Of a stretch of DNA of 64,000 bases, positions 47,630 to 57,343 are shown piece by piece; the stretch's first letter is position 1; each line of letters opens with the position of its first letter. A program made the translations under genes and the position numbers. Below the pieces are notes generated by a model. That model was given only the letters and a program-made list of their open reading frames with translations, was not told the DNA's origin and did no database searches. This stretch comes from an uncultured delta proteobacterium. GTDB taxonomy: Bacteria > Myxococcota_A > Polyangia > Polyangiales > JAFGIB01. The stretch spans positions 320,001 through 384,000 of the forward strand of contig CAVZVA010000002.1 of the NCBI GenBank assembly GCA_963778655.1. Reading direction: 5' to 3'.

Positions 47630-48328
47630 GTGGCGGCCCCGATCGAGCTCCTGCGCAAGGTCCCGCTGTTCAGCGGCTTGGGCGAGCCGGAGCTCGCGTC
47701 GATCGCGGAGCTGGCGGTGCGCAAGCGCTGGCGGGCGCGCGCGACCGTGGTGCGGCTCAGCGATCCCGGCGGCCAGCTGTTCGTAATCGTTCAGGGCCAC
47801 CTCAAGGCGGTCAGCGGCGACGCGGAGGGACACGACACCGCCCTCGCCATCATGGGCCCGGGCGAGGTGTTCGGCGAGATCTCGCTGCTCGACGGCAGGC
47901 CGCGCTCGGCCACGGTCGTCACGCTCGAGGAGTGCGAGCTGCTCATGCTCGACCGCGAGCCGTTCCTGCGCTTCCTGCAGAAATCGCCCAAGACCGCGAT
48001 CGAGCTGTTGCGCGTGCTGACCGGGCGCGTGCGCAGCCTGACCGCGCGCTCCGAGGACCTCGCGTTCCTGCGCGTGGGCAACCGTCTGGCTAAGCGCCTG
48101 GCGGACCTGGCGGAAAGGCACGGCCAGAAGGGCGCGAACGCAGACCTGCGCATCCCGTTCAAGCTCTCGCAGCAGGAAATCGGCGACCTGGTGGGTGCCA
48201 CGCGCGAGAGCGCCAACAAGCAGATCAAGGCCTGGGAGCAGGCCGGTCTGCTGTCGCAGGAAGGCGGCCGTCTGGTGATCCACGACGTCGGGGGCCTGCG
48301 CGCGCTGGCCGGAGACGCCGCAGATTGA
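47630..48328 (+). CDS. Crp/Fnr family transcriptional regulator
   Basis: 'LRKVPLFSGL', cNMP pocket 'FGEISLLDGRPRSATV', HTH 'LSQQEIGDLVGATRESANK'. Confidence 0.93.
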   Translation: MAAPIELLRKVPLFSGLGEPELASIAELAVRKRWRARATVVRLSDPGGQLFVIVQGHLKAVSGDAEGHDTALAIMGPGEVFGEISLLDGRPRSATVVTLEECELLMLDREPFLRFLQKSPKTAIELLRVLTGRVRSLTARSEDLAFLRVGNRLAKRLADLAERHGQKGANADLRIPFKLSQQEIGDLVGATRESANKQIKAWEQAGLLSQEGGRLVIHDVGGLRALAGDAAD

Positions 48329-48373
48329 CTCTCGACGGCGCGCGCCTTCGCGCATACTGCGGGGCGAGGCACG

Positions 48374-50653
48374 ATGCGCGCGAGGCGCCCCTTCTACCCT
48401 GCGTTGCTCTCGACGCCGCTCGGCCGCACGGAGCGAGCGGCGGCCTGGCTGCTGCTCGCGCTGGCGCTCGCGCTGGCGGGCGTGGCGCTGCTGGAGATCG
48501 CGACGCGCCGGGCCCCGGCGCAAGGCTTTGCGCTCGAGCGGTTCGCCGGCGCAGATGATTGCAGCGCGGCGCTGCGGCGTGGGCCAAGAGGCGGCGCGCG
48601 TACGAAGCAGCCTCTGCGGATCGTGAGCGAGCCGTTCCTGCGGCGCAGCCGCCTCGGCGCGGGCTGCCGCCGCTGGAGCGCGTTCATGGTGGTGGACCGC
48701 GCGCGCCGCAGCCAGCTGGAGCTCGAGTCGATCGGCCTGGCGGAGCTGCGCATCGACGGCCGTCTGGTGACCAAGGCGCGCAACCGAAGCGGGTTCCACG
48801 GCGTCCGGCGCCAGCGCGCGCTGGACGTGGGCGTGCACCGCGTCGAGGTGGTGCAGCGGCAAGCGGACCCGGGCGTGGCCTATCTGCGCCTGCGCGAGCA
48901 CGATCTGGCCGAGCCGCACTTCACCTATGCGCTGCCCCCGCTCGAAACCCGGCGCTTCTTCGCCGACGAGCCGCACGCCGCGGCCGCATTGCGCGCTGGG
49001 CTTTCCGGCCCACGCCCGCAACGCGCGCCGCTGGCGCTCGCGGCCTGGATCGCCGCGGCGCTGTGCGCGTGGCTGGCGCTGCGCGCCGCGCGCGGGCGCT
49101 CGCTGCCGGCCTCGCCACCCGACCTCGCGCTCGGCGCCGCGCTGACGCTACTCGCGCTGTGGGTGCGGGCGCGCGGCATCCGCGCGCAGGACGTGGCCTG
49201 GGACGAGCTCGCGTACACCATCGCCGGCCGTAACTTCGTACGCAATCTGCGGCTCGGAGACTTCTCGCTCGACGCGTTCCGCTTCAACTTCTATCACCCG
49301 CCCCTGGCCAAGTGGCTGTACGGCCTCGGCTACATCCTGGGCGGGTTGGAAGGCGCGCGCTGGCTCTCGGCGCTGCTGAGCGCGCTCTCGGTCGGCCTGT
49401 TGTACGCCGCGGCCCGCGCGCTATACGGCCGGCGCGTCGCGGCAGGCGCAGGCGCGGTCGCGACCTTCTTGCCCGGGCTGGTCGCGCACGCGCGACTCAC
49501 CGGGCTGGAATCGGTGCTGGTGTTCTTCTGGATGGCGTCGGTCGCCGCGGCCGTAGCCTGGTTGCGCGAGGTCGAGCGCGCCCGGGACGCTGGCAGCACC
49601 TGCGGCCACGGTTACGCGGCGCTGGCGGCCGCGGCCGGCATGCTCTCGATCGGCGCGCGCATGACGGCGCTGTGGATCGCGCCGCTGCTGCTGCTGATCG
49701 TGGCGCTCGGCTGGGGCGCGCTGCCCTCGCGCCGGCGTGCGGGGTTGCTCGGCGCGCTCGTGCTCGGCGCTGCGCTCGCGCTCGGCGCGATCGCGCTGCT
49801 GTGGCCATGGTTCTCGCACGACCCGCTGGGCAGCTGGTCCAAGATCATCGCGCGCTGGGACACACAGCAGACGACCGAGGTCTTTCTGGGCGAAGATCGC
49901 GCACCTCCGCCCGTCCAGTACTATCTGGCGGCCTTCGCCGGCACCACGCCTGCGCTGCTGCTGCTGGCGGCACTCGCGGGCGCCGCGCTCGGTCTGGCCC
50001 GGCCGCAGCGGCGTCGCGCGACCATCATCGCGCTGTGCTGGCTGGCGTTTCCCTTCCTGCAGAGCCTCTCGTCCTTTCGTCAGGACCTTGCGCGCTACGT
50101 GATCCAGGCCTGGCCTGCGCTCGCGCTGCTGGCAGCGCTGGGCGCCGACGAGTTGCTGCAGCGTGTGCTCGCCCGGGTACACGCGGGCCGCCAGACGCGC
50201 GCGAGCACGCTGCTGCAGGTGGCGTGGACGGCGGCGCTTCCGGTGTACACCGCGCTCTCGCTGCTGCGCGTGGAGCCCTACCCGCTCGATTACTTCAACG
50301 AGCTGCTCGGGGGTCCGGCGGGCGTCGCGCGCAGCCATGCCTTCGAGCTGGCGTGGTGGGGCGAGGGTTTTCGCGATGCCATCGACTACGTCAACCGCAA
50401 GGCTGCCCGCGGCAGCCGGGTGCGGCTCGCGCTCATCCCCGAAGACACCGTGCCGCGCCTGCGCGACGACCTGCGTCCGAGCGCGCGCGGACGCGCCGAC
50501 TACGTGGTGACCAACTACTACAAGTTCCAGCCGGCGCGCCCGCGTGGTTGCATGCGCGTGCACACGGTCCAGGTGCAGCACGCACCGCTGGTCGAGGTGC
50601 TCCGCTGCCCCCGCGCGAAGCGGCGGCGGCCCCGGCGCCCCATCCCCCGGTGA
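48374..50653 (+). CDS. GT-C (ArnT/PMT-like) glycosyltransferase with N-terminal PA14-like domain
   Basis: 'AWDELAY', 'HPPLAKWLYG', many TMs, 'YPLDYFNELLGG', 'WWGEG'. Confidence 0.8.
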   Translation: MRARRPFYPALLSTPLGRTERAAAWLLLALALALAGVALLEIATRRAPAQGFALERFAGADDCSAALRRGPRGGARTKQPLRIVSEPFLRRSRLGAGCRRWSAFMVVDRARRSQLELESIGLAELRIDGRLVTKARNRSGFHGVRRQRALDVGVHRVEVVQRQADPGVAYLRLREHDLAEPHFTYALPPLETRRFFADEPHAAAALRAGLSGPRPQRAPLALAAWIAAALCAWLALRAARGRSLPASPPDLALGAALTLLALWVRARGIRAQDVAWDELAYTIAGRNFVRNLRLGDFSLDAFRFNFYHPPLAKWLYGLGYILGGLEGARWLSALLSALSVGLLYAAARALYGRRVAAGAGAVATFLPGLVAHARLTGLESVLVFFWMASVAAAVAWLREVERARDAGSTCGHGYAALAAAAGMLSIGARMTALWIAPLLLLIVALGWGALPSRRRAGLLGALVLGAALALGAIALLWPWFSHDPLGSWSKIIARWDTQQTTEVFLGEDRAPPPVQYYLAAFAGTTPALLLLAALAGAALGLARPQRRRATIIALCWLAFPFLQSLSSFRQDLARYVIQAWPALALLAALGADELLQRVLARVHAGRQTRASTLLQVAWTAALPVYTALSLLRVEPYPLDYFNELLGGPAGVARSHAFELAWWGEGFRDAIDYVNRKAARGSRVRLALIPEDTVPRLRDDLRPSARGRADYVVTNYYKFQPARPRGCMRVHTVQVQHAPLVEVLRCPRAKRRRPRRPIPR

Positions 50654-50662
50654 GCGATCTCC

Positions 50663-50737
50663 GGATGCAAGAGGAAGGCGGGAAGCTGGGGAGAAACTGG
50701 GGCCTATGCTCTTCCCGTCTTCCTGCCTCCTTGTGAA
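50663..50737 (+). repeat. REP-like palindromic repeat, copy D
   Basis: GGATGCAAGAGGAAGGCGGGAAG...CTTCCCGTCTTCCTGCCTCCTTGTGAA. Confidence 0.65.
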
Positions 50738-50768
50738 GCTCCTACGCTCCCCGAGTTAGCCTTCACCC

Positions 50769-52109
50769 ATGTCGCTCGATCCCATACAGGGCTTCCTGCT
50801 GGTCATTGCCGCGATCTTTCTGGTCGGCATCGCCGGAGAGCTGGTGTTCGAGCGCACGGGCGTGCCCGACGTGGTGTGGCTGATCCTGGTCGGCGCGCTG
50901 ATCGGGCCCATCACCTCGCTGGTGCGCCGCGACGATCTGCTCTCGGTCGCGCCCTACTTCGGCGCCATTACGCTGGTGGTGGTGTTGTTCAGCGGCGGCA
51001 CCAACCTGCGTTTGGCCGATCTCGGCCGCGCCGCCCCGCGCGCCACGCTGCTGGCCGTGAGCGGCTTTGTGCTGGCAATGCTGGCGGTGTGCCTGCTGTC
51101 GCTGGTCGCGGCCTGGCTCGGCTTGCTGCCGCCGCAGTGGAGCCTGCTGCACGGGCTGCTGCTCGGCGCCATCCTGGGCGGCTCGAGCTCGGTGGTGGTG
51201 ATGCCTTCGCTGCAAAAGGCCAAGCTCGCGCCCGAGATCTCCAACCTGATGAACGTCGAGTCCGCGCTCACCGACATTCTGTGCGTGGTGGTGGCCGGGG
51301 CGCTGATCCAGGTGATGCAGGCGGGCGCGGTCGACACCCGCGCCGCGCTGCTGCAGCTCGGCCGGTCGTTCGGGCTGGGACTGGGTCTGGGGGTGGCCGC
51401 CGGCCTGATGACGCTGCCGGTCCTGCGCGGCCTCTCGGCCAGCGCCTACGGCTATCCGCTCACGCTCGCCGCGTTGCTGGTGCTCTACGTGGGCACCGAC
51501 CTGCTCGGCGGCAGCGCCGCGCTCGCCATCCTGACCATGGCTGTGATCGTCGGCAACGCGCCCGCGCTGAGCCAGGGCATGGGTATGGCGCGTCCGCTCT
51601 CGCTGGGCGCGGGCGTGAGCGGGGTGCACCAGCAGGTCACCTTCATCGTCAAGTCGTTCTTCTTCACCTTGATCGGTGCGCTGCTCGCCCCGCCCGCGGG
51701 CCAGCTCGTGCTGGGCGTGGTGCTGGGCGCGGCGCTGCTGCTGGCGCGGCTGCCGGCGGCGGCGCTGTGCACGCTGCGCATGCCGAACGCCAAGCAGGTG
51801 CGCGCGCTGGTCGCCGTGAGCCTGCCGCGGGGGATGGCGGCCGGGGTGCTGTCCATGCTGCCGGCCCAGGCGGGCATCCCGGGCACGCAGGACCTACCGG
51901 TGATCGTGTTCGCCGCGACCACCACCACCATCGTCACCTTCGCGGTCGGCTTCCCGGTGCTGAGGAAGCGCTTGCTCGCAGTGCAGGGGGCGGCCGCGGC
52001 GACGGGGGCGGAAGCGACCGCCGAGCCTGCGCAAGCCGCGGCGGGCGCGCAGGAGCCGCCCGCGCAGGACACGCCGGCGGACGACGGCGGCGCAGGTCAA
52101 GAGCGGTGA
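50769..52109 (+). CDS. Cation:proton antiporter (CPA1/NhaP-like)
   Basis: About 12 TMs, 'VESALTD', 'LPRGMAAGVL'. Confidence 0.88.
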   Translation: MSLDPIQGFLLVIAAIFLVGIAGELVFERTGVPDVVWLILVGALIGPITSLVRRDDLLSVAPYFGAITLVVVLFSGGTNLRLADLGRAAPRATLLAVSGFVLAMLAVCLLSLVAAWLGLLPPQWSLLHGLLLGAILGGSSSVVVMPSLQKAKLAPEISNLMNVESALTDILCVVVAGALIQVMQAGAVDTRAALLQLGRSFGLGLGLGVAAGLMTLPVLRGLSASAYGYPLTLAALLVLYVGTDLLGGSAALAILTMAVIVGNAPALSQGMGMARPLSLGAGVSGVHQQVTFIVKSFFFTLIGALLAPPAGQLVLGVVLGAALLLARLPAAALCTLRMPNAKQVRALVAVSLPRGMAAGVLSMLPAQAGIPGTQDLPVIVFAATTTTIVTFAVGFPVLRKRLLAVQGAAAATGAEATAEPAQAAAGAQEPPAQDTPADDGGAGQER

Positions 52110-52137
52110 GGGCGCCCCGCGCGCGACCGCCGCATTC

Positions 52138-52213
52138 CGGAAACAGGAAAGCGGGCAGACGGGAAGGGCTTGTCAGCACAATCGCTCTCTCGTCCCGCCT
52201 GCCCGTTGCGTTT
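52138..52213 (+). repeat. REP-like palindromic repeat, copy E
   Basis: GGAAACAGGAAAGCGGGCAGACGGGAAG...TCCCGCCTGCCCGTT, between convergent genes. Confidence 0.55.
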
Positions 52214-52224
52214 CGCTTCGTGGA

Positions 52225-53379
52225 TCAGCGCGCCTGGTGCAGGGCGATGGCTTCGTCGTAGAGGGCTTCGAGGGCCTCGACTCGGGTGGCGTTGTCGTAC
52301 TCGCGTTCCATCTTGTGGCGGGCGGCGCTGGCCAGTTGCTCGCGTAGGGCGGGGTTCGCGAGCAGTGAGGCCAGCCGCTCGCCCATGGCCTGGGCATCGC
52401 GTTCGGGCACCAGGAAACCAGTCTGTCCGTCGTCGATGATCTCGGGAATACCGCCGTGGCGGGTGCCGATCGGCACCACGCCGCAAGCGCTCGCCTCCTT
52501 GACCACGATCAGCCCGGACTCGCGGTTGCCGCCGCGCCCGACCACGCTGGGCGCGAGCAGCACGTGCGCGCGGCCCAGGCGCTCGGCGACCTGCTGCGGG
52601 CGCAGCACACCGGCGAGCTCGACCTGCGCGCTCAGCCCCAGTCGCTGCACCTCGGCGCGCAGCAGGCGCTCGCGCTCACCGCTTCCGACCAGCGTCAGCC
52701 TGACCGGTACGGGCGCGCGCGCGGCCGCGTGCGCGAACGCGCGAATGCCATACTCGAAGCCCTTCTTCTCCACGAAGCGGCCGATCATCATCACGTGCAA
52801 CGGTGCGGCCGGCTTGGGCGCGGGCGCGAACAGCTTCAAGTCCACGCCCAACCGGTGCAACCTCAGCTTGGCCGCCGGCACGCCCAGCGCGCGCAGCATC
52901 TGCTGCAGCTCGCTCGAGGCGCACAGGCCGAGCGTCATGCGCGCCAGCATGCTCGGGGCACGCAGCGCATAGGGCCAGTTTACCGGCAGCAAGCGCCGCG
53001 CGCTGCGCAGCAGCGGTACGTCGTAGCCGTGAAAGCTCACCACCAGCGGCAGGTCGAAGCGCTCGGCGTACGGCTGCGCGTAGGTCGCCCCGGGCCCAAA
53101 GTGCGCGTGCACCAGATCGAAGGGCGCCTCGCGAAAGCGGCGCACGAAGGCGGCCGAGCGCCGCGTGACGATGTACGCGGGCGGGGCCAGGTGCACGGGC
53201 TCGAACGGAAACCGATCGGCGAAGTGGCGCTGCCAGGCGAACACCTCGGCCCGGTAGCGGCGCAGTCCGCGCAGCTCCTCGTACACGAACGACTGCGAGT
53301 AGCGCAGGAAGTGCGTGCTGAACAAGGCTAGCGCACGCGCCCTGCCCGCCCCGCCGGCCGTGCTCGGCTCCGTGCTCAT
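52225..53379 (-). CDS. Glycosyltransferase family 4 (WcaL-like)
   Basis: 'HAHFG', 'SFHGYD', 'GRFVEKKG', 'ESGLIVVKEASACGVVPIGTRHGGIPE'. ATGA overlap with the upstream GT4. Confidence 0.92.
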   Translation of the reverse strand: MSTEPSTAGGAGRARALALFSTHFLRYSQSFVYEELRGLRRYRAEVFAWQRHFADRFPFEPVHLAPPAYIVTRRSAAFVRRFREAPFDLVHAHFGPGATYAQPYAERFDLPLVVSFHGYDVPLLRSARRLLPVNWPYALRAPSMLARMTLGLCASSELQQMLRALGVPAAKLRLHRLGVDLKLFAPAPKPAAPLHVMMIGRFVEKKGFEYGIRAFAHAAARAPVPVRLTLVGSGERERLLRAEVQRLGLSAQVELAGVLRPQQVAERLGRAHVLLAPSVVGRGGNRESGLIVVKEASACGVVPIGTRHGGIPEIIDDGQTGFLVPERDAQAMGERLASLLANPALREQLASAARHKMEREYDNATRVEALEALYDEAIALHQAR

Positions 53380-54539
53380 GGCGAGCGAGCCTCCCGCAGC
53401 CGGTGCTCGAGAAAGCGCTCGATCTTCTCTGCGCGCGCGTCCCAGGTCAGATCGCGTGCGCTGGCCTGCGCCTGCTCCGCCAGCCGCGCCGCCAGCGCCG
53501 GCTCGCCCAGCAGTCGATCGATCGCGCCGGCGGTGCCCGCGGCATCGCCTGGCCGCACCAGCAGGGCGTTGTGCTCGTGCTGCAGCAGCTCGCGCACGTC
53601 GGGCGTGTCGGGCGCCACGATCGGGCGGCCCGCGGCCAGGTACAGAAACAGCTTCATCGGGAGCACGGTGTTGCCGATCACGCGCAGCGGCACGCCGCTC
53701 GGTGGCTGTAGCAGCACGTCGGAGGCGAGCAGGTAGCGCACGGTGCGGTCGAACGGCTGCCAGGGCACCAGCGTCACGTTGGGATGGTGACGCGCGAGAC
53801 GCTCCACCAGCCCCCGGCCGCGCGAGCCCACCAGCAGGAAGCGCACCTGCGGCAAGCGGCGCGCGGCGCGCAGCACCACGTCGAGCCCCTTGGTGGCGTT
53901 GACGTGCCCGGCGTAGGTCGCGATCGGGGCGCCGGCCGGCAGCGAGAGCTCGGCGCGCAGCGTAGCCTTGTCCGGCGCGCCGGCGAAGCGGCTCGGGTCG
54001 TAGCCGTTGTGCACCACCGCCAGGCGCGCGGCCTCGACGCCGAGCCGCGCAAAGCGCGCCCGCGCGTACTCGGAGTGGAGCACCGCGCCCAGGCAGCGCG
54101 GGTCGGCCAGCGCGCGACGGAACCACGGCCGCAGCGGCGGGTATTGCACGAACCAGGGGCGATACGTCTCGTAGGCAAAGGGCAGCTCGGCGCGCGCGGC
54201 CAGCGCGAGCGCGGGGAAGTTGCGGGTGTAGATCAGCTCGGGGCGCAGCGCGCGCACCCGCTGCAGCGCGCGCTCTGCGTGTAGCCACTTGCGCCCCGTG
54301 GACCAGCGCGACAGCGGATTGGGCAGGCACAGCAGCTCGATCTCGCCCCGCACCTGATAGTAGTCCAAGACCGCTCGCGGATCGCAGCCGTTGCCAGCGT
54401 GTTTGCCGTCCGTGCCACCAGGTACGACCAGCAGCATGCGGTGGCCGCGCCGCGACAGCGCGCAGATCGTCTGCAACGCCTGCTCGGAGTCGGTCTCGTC
54501 GGCGGGCAGCGGCCGGTCGAACAGGTAGGCGATGCGCAC
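53376..54539 (-). CDS. Glycosyltransferase family 4
   Basis: 'MRIAYL', 'VVHNGYD', 'PMKLFLYLAAGRPIVA', 'TWDARA'. Confidence 0.92.
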   Translation of the reverse strand: MRIAYLFDRPLPADETDSEQALQTICALSRRGHRMLLVVPGGTDGKHAGNGCDPRAVLDYYQVRGEIELLCLPNPLSRWSTGRKWLHAERALQRVRALRPELIYTRNFPALALAARAELPFAYETYRPWFVQYPPLRPWFRRALADPRCLGAVLHSEYARARFARLGVEAARLAVVHNGYDPSRFAGAPDKATLRAELSLPAGAPIATYAGHVNATKGLDVVLRAARRLPQVRFLLVGSRGRGLVERLARHHPNVTLVPWQPFDRTVRYLLASDVLLQPPSGVPLRVIGNTVLPMKLFLYLAAGRPIVAPDTPDVRELLQHEHNALLVRPGDAAGTAGAIDRLLGEPALAARLAEQAQASARDLTWDARAEKIERFLEHRLREARSP

Positions 54540-54808
54540 GGCGCCCGAGCCATATCACGGCCGGCGCGCGCGCACGAGGCGGCGAGATCGCGGCGAAAAC
54601 GGCCACGGTCAAGCCACCGCGCAGGCAAACCGCGGCGGGCCCAGCGGGCAGGGCGACTGTCGTGCGCGCACGCGTCCGCGACGCAGGACGCGATGGTTAC
54701 GTGCGACGTTTGGTCGCGCGGCAATAGGTCGCACCCAATCGCGGCGCTCGATGGGTATGGTTGCAACACGCAAGGCGTGGTGGCCTTGCCCAATCGGAGG
54801 TTTGATCC

Positions 54809-55831
54809 ATGCCCGGAACCCGCCGCCGCTGCACGCTTGCAGCCCTGGCGCTCGCGCTATCCGCGCCAGCGTGCAAGGGCAGCTCATCGACCACGAACGA
54901 GTCCGGTGGCGGAGGTAGCGGAGGCGGCAACGCCGGCGGCGCCACCACCGGAGGCGGCAGCGGCGGCAGCGGCGGCAGCGCGGATAGCAGCAGCGCAAGC
55001 GGCGGCGGCGGCTCGCAGATGCAGGTCGACGCCTCCACGGCCAAGGACGTCTCCACGGCCAAGGACGCGGGCACGCCGGGGCTGATGGAGATCAAGTTCG
55101 CGACGCTCGCCGGAAGCACCCCCGTCGACTGCAAGAGCGACTTTGCCGACATCGGCAACCCGGCCGCGTCGCTGGGCGTGGGCGACATGCGCTTCTTCGT
55201 CTACGACGTGCGCCTGATCGACGACAGCGGCAACGAGAAGCCGCTCGCGCTCACGCCGGACGGCAAGTACCAGACCGATAGCGTGGCGCTGCTCGACTTC
55301 GAGGACGGCACCGGCAACTGCAGCATGGACGGCACCAAGGAGACCAACGAGCGGGTGCGCGGCCAGATCGACCCCGGCACGTACAAGGGCATCGCCTTCT
55401 CCGTAGGCCTGCCGGACGCGATGAACCACGCCGATCCGACCATGGCCAAGGCCCCGCTCGACACCATGGCGATGCACTGGAGCTGGGCCGACGGCTACCG
55501 CTTCCTGCGCCTGGACGAAATCGTCAACGGCGCCGGTTTCGACGTCCACCTGGGCTCGGCCGAGTGCAACATGCCGGCCAACGGCGATGTGACCTGCAAA
55601 CGCCCCAACCGGCCCGCGGTCAAGCTGATGCCCTTCGACCCCGACAAGGACCAGGTTGTGCTCGACCTGGCCACCTTGCTCGCCGACTCGGACCTCACCG
55701 ACGAGCCTGGCTGCATCGCGGGCGGCACCGACGACACGTGCGCGCCAATCTACAAGCACCTGGGTCTGGACGCGACCACAGGCGAGGCCGACGCGAGCAT
55801 GCAGGACGCGTTCAAGGCGATGCCGCGCTGA
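54809..55831 (+). CDS. mbnP: MbnP-family copper-binding lipoprotein
   Basis: Lipobox-like APAC, 'DMRFFVYDVRL', 'VALLDFEDGTGNC', 'MHWSWADGYRFLRLD', 'VHLGS..C', 'C.RPNR'. Confidence 0.85.
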   Translation: MPGTRRRCTLAALALALSAPACKGSSSTTNESGGGGSGGGNAGGATTGGGSGGSGGSADSSSASGGGGSQMQVDASTAKDVSTAKDAGTPGLMEIKFATLAGSTPVDCKSDFADIGNPAASLGVGDMRFFVYDVRLIDDSGNEKPLALTPDGKYQTDSVALLDFEDGTGNCSMDGTKETNERVRGQIDPGTYKGIAFSVGLPDAMNHADPTMAKAPLDTMAMHWSWADGYRFLRLDEIVNGAGFDVHLGSAECNMPANGDVTCKRPNRPAVKLMPFDPDKDQVVLDLATLLADSDLTDEPGCIAGGTDDTCAPIYKHLGLDATTGEADASMQDAFKAMPR

Positions 55832-55835
55832 GAAC

Positions 55836-57008
55836 ATGGCGCGCCGCGGTGGAGCGATGCTGCTGTGCGCGTGGCTGTGCGCGTGCACGCAGCGCGCGCC
55901 GGCTCCGGCGGCCGCACAGGCCCAGGCGCCGCTCGTCGAGCTGCCCGCCCATTTCCCGCCGCTGCCCGAGGACGCCTACGACGGCCCGCTGACGGCCGCC
56001 AAGGCCGAGCTCGGACGCCATCTGTTCTACGACAAGCGCCTGTCGGAGAACGCCTCGCAGTCCTGCGCCAGCTGCCATCAGCAGCGGCTCGCATTCACCG
56101 ACGGGCTGCCCCACCCGCGCGGCTCCACCGGCCAGGCCGGCCAGCGCAGCACGCCGGGCCTCGCGAACGTCGCCTACCTTCACCCGCTGACCTGGGCCAA
56201 CCCGCTGCAGCAACATCTCGCGCAACAAGCGCTTGTGCCCATGTTCGGGGACCGGCCGGTCGAGCTCGGCGTGCGCCACAACGCCGCGCGTCTGCTGTCG
56301 GCGCTGCGCGGCAGCGCCACCTACAGAGCGCTGTTCGCGCGCGCCTACCCGGCCGATGCCGACCCGTTCAAGCTCGGCCACGTCACCCGCGCGCTGGCCG
56401 CGTTCGAGCGCACCCTGATCTCTGCCCATAGCCCGTACGACCGCTACCTCGCGGGCCGCAAGGACGCGCTCGATGCCGCCCAGCTGCGCGGCATGAAGCT
56501 GTTCTTCTCGCAGCGCCTCGGCTGCGGCGGCTGTCACTCCGGATTCGCGCTGAGCGATGCGGCTGGGCCCCCGGGCTATCAACCCAACAAGCCCGACGGC
56601 GCGCCCTTCCACAACACCGGCCTGTACAACCTCGGCGGCAACGGCCGCTATCCCGAGAGCAACACCGGCTTGGTCGCGTTCAGCGGCCGGCCCGGCGACA
56701 TGGGCCGCTTCCGCACGCCCAGCCTGCGCAATGTGGCGATCACGGCGCCGTACATGCACGACGGCAGCATTCCCACATTGGACGCGGTGATCGATCACTA
56801 CGCCGCCGGCGGCCGCACCATTGCAGGCGGTGCGCACGCCGGGGTGGGCAGCGCGAACCCGTACAAGAGCCCTCGCGTGCACGGCTTCTCGATCAGCGCA
56901 GCCGAGCGCGCCGACCTGCTGGCCTTTCTCGGCGCGCTCACCGATCGCGCGCTTCTCACCGACCCCCGCTTTTCCGATCCGTGGCCGGCCGAGCGCGCCG
57001 GCCGCTGA
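55836..57008 (+). CDS. mbnH: MbnH-family di-heme enzyme (bCCP/MauG superfamily)
   Basis: CASCH and CGGCH heme motifs, 'LGRHLFYDKRLS', 'LTWANP', 'FRTPSLRNVAITAPYMHDGS', 'DPRFSDPW'. Directly follows mbnP. Confidence 0.88.
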   Translation: MARRGGAMLLCAWLCACTQRAPAPAAAQAQAPLVELPAHFPPLPEDAYDGPLTAAKAELGRHLFYDKRLSENASQSCASCHQQRLAFTDGLPHPRGSTGQAGQRSTPGLANVAYLHPLTWANPLQQHLAQQALVPMFGDRPVELGVRHNAARLLSALRGSATYRALFARAYPADADPFKLGHVTRALAAFERTLISAHSPYDRYLAGRKDALDAAQLRGMKLFFSQRLGCGGCHSGFALSDAAGPPGYQPNKPDGAPFHNTGLYNLGGNGRYPESNTGLVAFSGRPGDMGRFRTPSLRNVAITAPYMHDGSIPTLDAVIDHYAAGGRTIAGGAHAGVGSANPYKSPRVHGFSISAAERADLLAFLGALTDRALLTDPRFSDPWPAERAGR

Positions 57009-57343
57009 GCCTGCGATCCGATCGAGTCAGAGGCGTCGGCGCCGAGAGCGCAACATCTCCGTCAGCATTCAATCCACACAGTGGGCTGACAACATATTCG
57101 CCCGCATGTGCTCCCATAATGCGGCTGACAACGTTTCCACCTTGCGATGACCGTATAACCTTCATGGCAACGTCCGTGCGGCAAGATGTCGCAGGGTGCG
57201 TCTCGACCACGCGTTTCCACGCAGTGCGACCATATGCCGCAGCGCTGCGCGGGAATGGACGTTGTATGAAGGGCGCTCACGCGAAACGATATGGCTCGCA
57301 GCCTACGCGTTGCAGCGGTGGTGGCGAGCCTGGTGGAGGAGCG

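Noticed and set aside
52225..54612. Single 795-aa glycosyltransferase
   Set aside because: The N-terminal half is an off-frame overlap of the upstream GT4; the real start is ATG 53379.
54809..57008. Methanobactin biosynthetic cluster
   Set aside because: No mbnA precursor or mbnB/mbnC seen in the window.
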